In this document: one piece after another, positions 24,975 to 32,662 of the stretch
How positions within the stretch are numbered: position 1 is the first letter of the stretch
How the letters are laid out: every line of letters starts with the position of its first letter
Assembly: GCA_017694915.1 (NCBI GenBank)
Contig: JADIMF010000098.1
Location: 1-51,888, forward strand
DNA length: 51,888 bases
Origin: Candidatus Ornithospirochaeta stercoravium
Lineage (GTDB): Bacteria > Spirochaetota > Spirochaetia > Sphaerochaetales > Sphaerochaetaceae
Direction: 5' to 3'
Notes under the pieces: model-generated
What the model was told of the DNA's origin: nothing
The model's input: the letters and a program-made list of their open reading frames with translations, nothing else
Databases searched by the model: none
Translations under genes and position numbers: made by a program

Positions 24975-25399
24975 ATGAATATCCAGCGCGGTTTGTAAAA
25001 GAGGAAGATGGAAAATTCAGTGTGTTCTTTCTAGGAAAAGGCATGGAAGGCTGTATTACGTATGGTAATGACAGAGACGATGCAAGAAAGAATGCTCAGG
25101 AGGCTTTAGATGCATATATTGGGTATCTGTATAGCGAGAGAAAGAGAATTCCAGCGCCTGTTTCTGTAAGCGGGGATGGAATAGAGTATTTTGCGCCTGA
25201 TTATAGAATCCAGTTTGCAATAACCCTGAGAAAAAACAGAGAAAAGAGGCATATCACACAAAGTGACATGGCATTCCGAATGGGAATTCTTCCTGCTCAG
25301 TATCAGAGGCTGGAAAATCCGAAGAAAACTAATCCTACGCTTGAAACAATACATAGAATCGAAGAAGCTTTGGGGGATTCTGTTTTCCTGAGATTCTGA
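24965..25399 (+). CDS. hicB: HicB-family antitoxin with C-terminal XRE-type HTH
   Basis: 144 aa, overlapping hicA by 10 nt. The N-terminal part YPARFVKEEDGKFSVFFLGKGMEGCITYGNDRDDARKNAQEAL is a HicB fold. The C-terminal part LRKNREKRHITQSDMAFRMGILPAQYQRLENPKK is an HTH. Confidence 0.85.
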   Translation: MQMNEYPARFVKEEDGKFSVFFLGKGMEGCITYGNDRDDARKNAQEALDAYIGYLYSERKRIPAPVSVSGDGIEYFAPDYRIQFAITLRKNREKRHITQSDMAFRMGILPAQYQRLENPKKTNPTLETIHRIEEALGDSVFLRF

Positions 25400-25427
25400 G
25401 AATGTCTCTTCATGAGATAACTTTTCA

Positions 25428-25456
25428 TTGTTTTCACATAAAAGCGGCGCTATGCT
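25428..25456 (+). promoter_or_regulatory. Candidate leaderless-type promoter of the AGE gene (TTGTTT-17-TATGCT, 6 nt before ATG 25463)
   Basis: ttgTTGTTTtcacataaaagcggcgcTATGCTtttcgtATG. There is no SD. Confidence 0.3.
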
Positions 25457-25462
25457 TTTCGT

Positions 25463-26641
25463 ATGGAAAATCTTAAGAATGTACGCGACAGATATTACAG
25501 TGAGCTGACAGAGAATATCCTTCCTTTCTGGCAGGAACATGGACTTGATAAGAAGAACGGTGGTATCTACACATCCCTTGATAGAGATGGCTCCCTGATT
25601 GAGACAGATAAATCAGTGTGGTTTCAGGGCAGGGCTCTCTGGATATTCTCCGAAGCCTATATCAGATTCGGCAGAAAGGAGTATCTGGACGCTGCTTCAA
25701 CGATAGTCAGATTCATCGATGAGCATTGTTATGATGCAGACGGGCGTATGTTCTTCCGTGTCACTGATGATGGACGTCCTGTGATAAAAAGAATCAGATA
25801 TTTCTTCAGTGAGACTTTCGCAATCATAGGCTATGCATCATACTCAAGAGCTTCCGGTGATAAATCATATGCTAGGAAAGCACTTGCTCTTTATGAGAAT
25901 GTGAAGAAGATAAAGAGCACTCCGGGAATCCTTATCCCGAAGTTCGACTCCTCAGTCCGTCCGATGAGGGGACATGCGGATTCCATGATTCTCATCAATG
26001 TGCTTTCAGAGCTTAGAGAAGCATGCCCAGAGGAGAAGGATTATCTTACATCCGATCTCGATAAGGAGATTGCGGATTGCTGTAGATACTTCATCCGTCC
26101 TGATATGCAGACGGTGCTTGAGACAGTAGGCCCGAATGGGGAATTCCTCGCAGAGCATTTCGAGGGAAGGATAATAAATCCCGGACACGCGATTGAAGGG
26201 GCGTGGTTCATTATGAACGAGGGCCGCAAGCGGGGTATAAAGGAGTATATCGACACAGGTCTTTCCGTCCTTTCATGGATGTGGGATAAAGGCTGGGATG
26301 CCGAGTACGGCGGTGGAATAATACAGTACAGGGATGCCCTTGGAAAGAGTCTATCGGAGTATCATCAGGATATGAAGTTCTGGTGGCCGCAGACAGAGGC
26401 TGTCATTGCAAACCTCATGGCGTACAGCGAAACTGGCAAGGATGTCTATCTTGAGCATTTCCACCTCGTCGATGATTACATCACGTCTCATTTCATTGAT
26501 AGGGAATATGGAGAATGGTTCGGCTATCTCCATCGCGATGGTACGCTCGCAACCCCGCTCAAGGGTAATCTCTATAAAGGCCCGTTCCATATCCCGAGGA
26601 TGTATATGAAAGCCATTGAAATCCTCGACAGTATCAAATGA
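25463..26641 (+). CDS. N-acylglucosamine 2-epimerase (AGE / renin-binding-protein family)
   Basis: 392 aa. There is strong by-eye similarity along the whole length to AGE enzymes: ILPFWQEHGLDKKNGGIYTSLDRDG, DKSVWFQGRALW, FEGRIINPGHAIEGAWFIM, WDAEYGGGI, KFWWPQTEA, EYGEWFGYLHRDG, YKGPFHIPR. Confidence 0.88.
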   Translation: MENLKNVRDRYYSELTENILPFWQEHGLDKKNGGIYTSLDRDGSLIETDKSVWFQGRALWIFSEAYIRFGRKEYLDAASTIVRFIDEHCYDADGRMFFRVTDDGRPVIKRIRYFFSETFAIIGYASYSRASGDKSYARKALALYENVKKIKSTPGILIPKFDSSVRPMRGHADSMILINVLSELREACPEEKDYLTSDLDKEIADCCRYFIRPDMQTVLETVGPNGEFLAEHFEGRIINPGHAIEGAWFIMNEGRKRGIKEYIDTGLSVLSWMWDKGWDAEYGGGIIQYRDALGKSLSEYHQDMKFWWPQTEAVIANLMAYSETGKDVYLEHFHLVDDYITSHFIDREYGEWFGYLHRDGTLATPLKGNLYKGPFHIPRMYMKAIEILDSIK

Positions 26642-26646
26642 GAGAT

Positions 26647-26675
26647 ATGTACAGCCATCATAACGGTGGCTGTAC
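26647..26675 (+). terminator. Perfect 10-bp hairpin after the AGE gene (terminator candidate, weak U-run)
   Basis: TGTACAGCCA-tcataacgg-TGGCTGTACA, followed by ctcattattgg. Confidence 0.45.
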
Positions 26676-26727
26676 ACTCATTATTGGACATCTCTCCCGA
26701 TATCCTGCATGTTCTCAAAAATCTTTC

Positions 26728-26755
26728 TTGCCTTTTCAGAAAGTAGTGATACGAT
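26728..26755 (+). promoter_or_regulatory. Candidate promoter of the SBP/permease/FAD-oxidoreductase/LacI operon (TTGCCT-16-TACGAT with TGn extension)
   Basis: TTGCCT 26728-26733; TGaTACGAT ending at 26755. It lies immediately upstream of the 18-bp palindrome. Confidence 0.35.
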
Positions 26756-26756
26756 T

Positions 26757-26774
26757 TGATTAATCGATTAATCA
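26757..26774. promoter_or_regulatory. Perfect 18-bp palindrome TGATTAATCGATTAATCA, a LacI-family operator candidate
   Basis: Perfect dyad with a central CG, 16 nt upstream of the SBP ATG (26791) and overlapping the predicted transcription start. The operon ends with a LacI-family gene. Confidence 0.6.
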
Positions 26775-26790
26775 CGAAAAGGAGGAGATT

Positions 26791-28083
26791 ATGAGATCAT
26801 CCTTGAAAATGAGAGTTATATGCATGCTTCTCTCTCTCTTCATGCTTATAGTTCCTGTAGTGGCAGGCGGAAGCACAGAGAGCAAAGCTGCCGCATCTTC
26901 TGGTCCTGTACATATCAAGATAGCTACATGGACAAGCAATCCTGACCAGATTGCTCTTCTTCAGAGCTTTGTTGATGAGTTTGCAGCAAAAGAGGGTATT
27001 GAGATAAATGCAGAGTTCGAGTCCATCGAATTCGGCGAGTACAATACAAAGCTTTCGCTTGAGCTTCAGGGGTCACAGGCTCCGGATGTATTCTGGGTAC
27101 TTGAGACATCCGCTCCTGCATTCATCGCATCCGGCCTTCTTGCACCACTCGATGAAGCACTTGCTGAATACAATCCTGAGGATTTCTCCGCAAAGGCAAT
27201 GGAACTCTGGCAGAATGGCGGAACAACATATGCTGTTCCATTCTCAACAAGCCCGTTCTTCATGATTTACAACGCAGATCTCTTCGCAGCTGCAGGAATC
27301 GAGACACCTGATCAGCTTGCTGCTGAAGGTAACTGGAACTGGGATACATTCCGCGCTGCTTCCAAGGCAATCAAGGATGCAACAGGTGTCTGGGGATACC
27401 AGACTGTTGATGGTGGCGGATACGATGTGAGAATCCTCCACAACCTCTGTCCTATCATCCGCTCCTACGGTGGTGATGCATGGACAAATGATGGCCAGAT
27501 CCTCATCAATTCTCCTGAATCCGCAGAAGCTGTCCAGCTCTTCCATGACATGGTTTATGTAGATGGCTCAGTTGTTCCTCCTGGAGATCAGAGTGATTTC
27601 TTCTCAGGTGCTGCTGCAATGACTGCTGCTCAGGTATCAAGAGTATCCAAGCTTTCCGATGTTGACTTCGCATGGGGCGTTGCTCCAATGCCTGCAGGTC
27701 CGATGGGTGATGTTCCTGTAACAGGACAGGCTGGAATCGGTGCATACAGCAAGGGACCTAATGTAGAAATCGCAAAGAAGCTTGTCGCTTATATGACAAA
27801 CGAGGAATGTGTAGCTCGCATGGCAGGAATATGGCCACCAGCAAGATACAGCGTTCTCGAGTCTCCTGACTTCCTCACATCACAGCCTCTCCTCACAGCA
27901 GATCAGATGGCTGCAGCAGTTGGTGGATCAATCGAGACTGGTAGAGTACTTCCTTCTCACGTCATGTATCCGCAGATCGAAGTCGAGTCGAGAATCGTAT
28001 GGGATAGACTCTGGAACCCGAACGCTGATGTTCAGGCAGTTCTCGACGGTGTCGCAGAAGTCTACGCAAAGTACATAAAGTAA
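26791..28083 (+). CDS. ABC transporter extracellular solute-binding protein (sugar)
   Basis: 430 aa. SD AAAGGAGGAG. Signal peptide MRSSLKMRVICMLLSLFMLIVPVVA/GGSTE. Confidence 0.9.
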   Translation: MRSSLKMRVICMLLSLFMLIVPVVAGGSTESKAAASSGPVHIKIATWTSNPDQIALLQSFVDEFAAKEGIEINAEFESIEFGEYNTKLSLELQGSQAPDVFWVLETSAPAFIASGLLAPLDEALAEYNPEDFSAKAMELWQNGGTTYAVPFSTSPFFMIYNADLFAAAGIETPDQLAAEGNWNWDTFRAASKAIKDATGVWGYQTVDGGGYDVRILHNLCPIIRSYGGDAWTNDGQILINSPESAEAVQLFHDMVYVDGSVVPPGDQSDFFSGAAAMTAAQVSRVSKLSDVDFAWGVAPMPAGPMGDVPVTGQAGIGAYSKGPNVEIAKKLVAYMTNEECVARMAGIWPPARYSVLESPDFLTSQPLLTADQMAAAVGGSIETGRVLPSHVMYPQIEVESRIVWDRLWNPNADVQAVLDGVAEVYAKYIK

Positions 28084-28099
28084 ACCGATGGGAGGAACC

Positions 28100-28999
28100 A
28101 TGAGAAAGAAACGGTCTAAGCTTGAAAGAGGAGAGGCATTGACGGGATATCTCTTCATATTGCCTCAGATGGCAGGATTCCTGATTCTTGTTCTGGTTCC
28201 TCTTATAATGGTTTTCACGTATTCCTTTGAATCCCGTAATCTCCTTTTCGGGAATATGGGATTCACTGGACTCGATAATTACAAGACGCTTATCGAAGAC
28301 GATCTGTTCTTCATGACGCTGAAGAACACGATCATATTCTCCCTTGGCGTCGTGCCTCTCAACCTCGTACTGTCCCTTGCGCTTGCTCTCTATCTTGGTG
28401 CGAATGCAGCGGGAGCAAAGGTTGTAAGAAGCGTCATTTTCCTCCCAGTAATAACATCGGGAGTCGCATGGGCAATCGTATTCACATACCTTTTCCAGGG
28501 TGGTGAGGCAGGCCCTATAAACTATCTGCTTGCACAGATTGGCATCACAGGCCCTAACTGGCTCCACGAGAAGGGCTGGGCTATGTTTGCCGTCGTCGTG
28601 TCGAGAGTTCTTAAGAACCTCGGAACGAACGTGCTTATCTTCATGGGAGCTGTAATGAATCTTCCTCAGGACGTGCTTGAAGCTGGTCGTATAGACGGAG
28701 CGACAAAGCCGATTCTCTTCTGGAAGATAAAGCTTCCACTTCTGATGCCGTCAATCCTTATGGTCATGATCGTTACTGTCATCGGTTCGATGAGAGTCTT
28801 CGATACGATAAAACTCATGACCGATGGTGGTCCTGAAGGATCGACGATGGTACTTGTTTATTACATCTATCATCAGGCGTTCAGAACATTCAATATCGGA
28901 TACGCATCGACAATCGCTGTAGTGCTTTTCTTCATTGTTCTTCTATTGACCATCCTGCAGTGGGCACTCAGAAGGAGGGCTTCGTACTATGAAGACTAA
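28100..28999 (+). CDS. ABC sugar transporter permease (MalF-like)
   Basis: ORF 28088..28999; ATG 28100 follows GGGAGG. EAA loop LEAGRIDGATKPILFWKIKLPLL. Confidence 0.9.
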   Translation: MRKKRSKLERGEALTGYLFILPQMAGFLILVLVPLIMVFTYSFESRNLLFGNMGFTGLDNYKTLIEDDLFFMTLKNTIIFSLGVVPLNLVLSLALALYLGANAAGAKVVRSVIFLPVITSGVAWAIVFTYLFQGGEAGPINYLLAQIGITGPNWLHEKGWAMFAVVVSRVLKNLGTNVLIFMGAVMNLPQDVLEAGRIDGATKPILFWKIKLPLLMPSILMVMIVTVIGSMRVFDTIKLMTDGGPEGSTMVLVYYIYHQAFRTFNIGYASTIAVVLFFIVLLLTILQWALRRRASYYED

Positions 29000-29819
29000 A
29001 GCTGTAAAAAGTATCATCTACTACATAATCGTCGCGCTTATCGTAGTGGTCTTCATCTATCCGTTCTGGTGGATGGTGACGAACTCACTGAACTCAATCA
29101 ACGAGATATTCGGAAAACCTACGCTGCTTCCGAAATCATGGATGTGGCATAACTATATAGAGATATTCCAGGTCCAGCCGTTTGCCCGGCATTACCTGAA
29201 TACAATCATCGTAGCGCTTCTCGGAACCGGTGGAAACGTGCTCATTTCAGCACTCTCGGGATATGCATTCGCACGTCTCAGATTCCCTGGCAGATCGGCC
29301 CTGTTCGTACTTCTCCTCACGGCTCTGATGATGCCGATCGAGGTAACGATCGTACCGATGTACTTCATGATGAACAGCATAGGCGCAAACGATACGCTTG
29401 TTCCTCTGATACTCATCCCTGTATTCTGTTCGCAGGGAGCGTTCTCCGCATTCCTTCTGAGACAGCATTTCATAACAGTCCCGAAGGAGCTTGAGGAAGC
29501 CGCGAGACTCGATGGACTCAGGCCTGCGGGCATATTCTTCAGAATCATGCTCCCGATATCTGTCCCGGTCCTCTCATCCGCCGCTATCCTTGCATTCCTT
29601 TCGGTATGGAACATGTATCTGGAACCGCTTGTATTCGTCTCGAGCATCAATAAGTTCACTCTGCCTCTTTCGCTCGCGAACTTCAATGATACATATGGTC
29701 TTCCTCAGTGGAACCTTCAGCTTGCGGCGACTACGCTTTCCGTTATACCTGTAATGACCTTCTACCTCATCTTCCAGACGAAGATATCGAATGCGATGGT
29801 CACTTCGGGAATGAAATAG
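28989..29819 (+). CDS. ABC sugar transporter permease (MalG-like)
   Basis: 276 aa. EAA loop EEAARLDGLRPAGIFFRIMLPIS. Confidence 0.9.
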   Translation: MKTKAVKSIIYYIIVALIVVVFIYPFWWMVTNSLNSINEIFGKPTLLPKSWMWHNYIEIFQVQPFARHYLNTIIVALLGTGGNVLISALSGYAFARLRFPGRSALFVLLLTALMMPIEVTIVPMYFMMNSIGANDTLVPLILIPVFCSQGAFSAFLLRQHFITVPKELEEAARLDGLRPAGIFFRIMLPISVPVLSSAAILAFLSVWNMYLEPLVFVSSINKFTLPLSLANFNDTYGLPQWNLQLAATTLSVIPVMTFYLIFQTKISNAMVTSGMK

Positions 29820-29829
29820 GAGATGATTT

Positions 29830-31185
29830 ATGAATACAGAACTTAGATATGATGTTGTCGTAGCCGGTGGCGGCATTGCCGGAACGCTTGCAGCTGTAGC
29901 CGCTTCACGCCATGGTGCAAAGGTACTTATAGTCGAGGAGACAGGTTTCCTCGGAGGGTGTCTCACGACCTGCGGAACAGGTCCAATGATGACATTCCAT
30001 GCCGGTGACAAGCAGGTTATAAAAGGTCTTGGTGATGAGCTTATAGAGCATCTCAAGGCAAAGAAGCTTTCGCCGGGGCATACTGTCGACAGTACTGGTT
30101 ATACATATACCGTAACACCTTTTGATGCCGAGGGCATGAAGCGTGAGCTTGAGCTGATGGCCATCGAAAGCGGTGCTGAGCTTCTTTATCATGCGAAGAT
30201 AGTCTCTGCAGAGGTGAAGGATGGAAAAGCTGAATCGATTACCGTCACATCAATGGGAGAGATGATCAGGATAAAAGCCGATGTCTTCATTGATTCTACA
30301 GGAGACGCAATCCTTCTCAAGCTTGCAGGTGTTCCTGTTGAGTCCGGCAGGAAACCAGATGGCGTCAATCAGCCGATGACGATGAATTTCAAGCTCTCCG
30401 GTGTGGATATTCCTCTTATAAGGAAGACGATGGAAGAGCATGTCGAGCTTTTTCCGTTCCTTGCTCCTCATGAGAAGGGCCTTGAGAAGAAGGCCTTAAG
30501 ACTATCTTTCTCTGGTTTCCAGGACATCATGAAGAAGGGAATAGAATCAGGAGAGCTGGATATAGATCGTGATATCGTCCTCTGCTTCGAGACGAACAAT
30601 CTCAATGAGGTGATTGTGAACATGACCCGTATCCCGCGTCTGAATCCGCTCGATCCTTTTGATATCTCAAAGGCGGAAACAGAGGGAAGAAGACAGGTCT
30701 GGGAGATGTATGCATTCCTGAAAAAACATGTTCCAGGATTCAAGGATGCCCTCCTTCTCACGTCAGGGCCTAGAGTCGGTGTCAGAAGTTCTGGACGTAT
30801 GGTTGGCGTGTACTCGATTACAGCTGAGGATATACTCAATGAGACGATGTTCTCCGATGGAATCGCATGCTGCGGCTATCCTATAGATATTCACTCAGAT
30901 GGAGCGGAGACAAAGTCAACATTTCTCAGATGGGGAGGGTATTATTCGATTCCTTACAGGTGCTTGATAAACAATACAGTGCAGAATGTAATGGCTGCTG
31001 GCCGCGATATCTCCTGCACATTTGAGGCACATGCTTCGCTGAGGGTCAGTCCGTGCTGCACCGCAACAGGACAGGCTGCAGGTACTGCCGCCGCTCTTGC
31101 CGTGAAGGATTCCATTTCCCCCCTCTCTGTCAACACGGATGTCCTTCGTGCGATACTGAAGGAGGATGGTGCTGTAATTGACTAG
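29830..31185 (+). CDS. FAD-dependent oxidoreductase (FAD_oxidored / GidA-like fold), cytoplasmic
   Basis: 451 aa. N-terminal dinucleotide fold YDVVVAGGGIAGTLAAVAASRHGAKVLIVEETGFLGG. C-terminal motif AAGRDISCTFEAHASLRVSPCCTATGQAAGTAAA. No signal peptide. Embedded in the sugar ABC operon. Confidence 0.75.
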   Translation: MNTELRYDVVVAGGGIAGTLAAVAASRHGAKVLIVEETGFLGGCLTTCGTGPMMTFHAGDKQVIKGLGDELIEHLKAKKLSPGHTVDSTGYTYTVTPFDAEGMKRELELMAIESGAELLYHAKIVSAEVKDGKAESITVTSMGEMIRIKADVFIDSTGDAILLKLAGVPVESGRKPDGVNQPMTMNFKLSGVDIPLIRKTMEEHVELFPFLAPHEKGLEKKALRLSFSGFQDIMKKGIESGELDIDRDIVLCFETNNLNEVIVNMTRIPRLNPLDPFDISKAETEGRRQVWEMYAFLKKHVPGFKDALLLTSGPRVGVRSSGRMVGVYSITAEDILNETMFSDGIACCGYPIDIHSDGAETKSTFLRWGGYYSIPYRCLINNTVQNVMAAGRDISCTFEAHASLRVSPCCTATGQAAGTAAALAVKDSISPLSVNTDVLRAILKEDGAVID

Positions 31186-32131
31186 GAGAGTAACGCTTTC
31201 CGACGTGGCAGAGAGAGCTGGAGTATCGAGAGCGACAGCCTCTGCTGTGCTCAGCGGAAAGGAAGGAAAAAGCATAAGAGTCAGCGATGAGAAACGCAGG
31301 GAGATTCTGGAAGCGGCTGCGTCCCTTGGTTATGTGCCGAATACAGCTGCCCAGCATCTCAAGCGTGGTGATGACAACCACATCATCGCTGTATTCACTT
31401 ATGAGAATATATTTCCCACCGATCCTAAGAGCGAATATTATCTCTTCTTCGCCGGCATACAGCAGGAAGCCGAGAAGGAGGGATATGACATACTCATACT
31501 CAATAACTGGGCAAAGGATAAATCGAGATCATCACGCATAAGGCTTGCCTCCGGCGCTATAATGATTGGTGTCACAAGGGATGATGAGCATATCACATCA
31601 CTGGTAAAGCAGGATTTTCCTCTTGTCTTCGTAGGAAGAAGGCAGATTGGTGATAATCTTCCCGTTCATTGTGTAACATTTGACTATAAACCTGCTGTAG
31701 AGGCTATCGTTTCACATCTCGATGAAAAGCAGATAGTGTATGTCTCATCAAAGCATTCCCTTGCTGAACCTTCTGCTGACAAGAGCTTGTTCCTTCATGA
31801 TTACTGCAATAGAAACGGCATAGCTGTGGTTGATATCGTCATAGAAGATGAACCATGCGAAGAGGATATGAAGAGAGTTCTCTCGTCCAGAGCCGTGATA
31901 TTCGACAGATTATTCATCGCGGATTTATTCGCTCCGGTTTTACCTGACCGAGGCATCAAATGCGCCATCTTCGAGGATGACTGGACGGAAACACATAGCA
32001 CATGGACAAGGTGGGAGAACAGGAGACTTGAGCTTGGAGCCCTTGCCGCAAAGCATCTTATTGCGATGCTCGGTGGAAACGAGGAGCCAGGGGAATCCTC
32101 TGTTTCCATTCCGCTGATAATCCCGGAATGA
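31178..32131 (+). CDS. LacI-family transcriptional regulator
   Basis: 317 aa. The TTG start overlaps the upstream stop. The HTH is VTLSDVAERAGVSRATASAVLSG...VSDEKRREILEAAASLGYVPN, followed by a periplasmic-binding-protein-like effector domain. Confidence 0.88.
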   Translation: MTRRVTLSDVAERAGVSRATASAVLSGKEGKSIRVSDEKRREILEAAASLGYVPNTAAQHLKRGDDNHIIAVFTYENIFPTDPKSEYYLFFAGIQQEAEKEGYDILILNNWAKDKSRSSRIRLASGAIMIGVTRDDEHITSLVKQDFPLVFVGRRQIGDNLPVHCVTFDYKPAVEAIVSHLDEKQIVYVSSKHSLAEPSADKSLFLHDYCNRNGIAVVDIVIEDEPCEEDMKRVLSSRAVIFDRLFIADLFAPVLPDRGIKCAIFEDDWTETHSTWTRWENRRLELGALAAKHLIAMLGGNEEPGESSVSIPLIIPE

Positions 32132-32232
32132 TGCAGGCAATGAAGAACTTATAATTGTTTGCTGCTGTTTTTTCAGAATGAGATCTTCGATTTTTCCTTC
32201 CATCTTCATATCCGGCATGAGAGAATATAGAT

Positions 32233-32655
32233 ATGCAGATTGATAAAGAACTCCTTATTGAGAAAGCGCTTGAAGCGAGAAAGATGAGTTATTCACCTTA
32301 CTCGCATTTCCAGGTAGGAGCAGCGATTCTCACTGAATCGGGGAAAATATATACCGGAGCAAACATAGAGAACGCTTCCTATGGGGCGACCATATGTGCA
32401 GAGCGTACAGCTGCTGTGAAGGCTATTTTCGAAGGGGAGAGACTCTTTGCCGCAATTGCCATCGCGGGTTCTCCTGAAAGAACTGCGGAAGAGGATTTCG
32501 TCTATTCATATCCATGCGGTATCTGCAGGCAGTTTCTCAGGGAATTCGCACTTCCTGATATGGCTGTTTATATAAAGGGGCCAGAGAACGAGATAAAGGA
32601 AACAACACTCTCAGAGCTGCTGCCTGATTCATTCGGTCCAGAACATCTCGGATGA
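32233..32655 (+). CDS. cdd: Cytidine deaminase
   Basis: 140 aa. YSPYSHFQVGAAILTESGKIYTGANIENASYGATICAERTA (C-A-E zinc motif) and YPCGICRQFLREF (PCGxCRQ). Confidence 0.92.
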   Translation: MQIDKELLIEKALEARKMSYSPYSHFQVGAAILTESGKIYTGANIENASYGATICAERTAAVKAIFEGERLFAAIAIAGSPERTAEEDFVYSYPCGICRQFLREFALPDMAVYIKGPENEIKETTLSELLPDSFGPEHLG

Positions 32656-32662
32656 GGATATT

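Noticed and set aside
32133-32173. Terminator after the LacI gene (GCAGGCAA...TTGTTTGCTGC followed by TGTTTTTT).
   Set aside because: The stem is irregular, with bulges and mismatches. The U-run is good but the pairing is too weak to call by eye.
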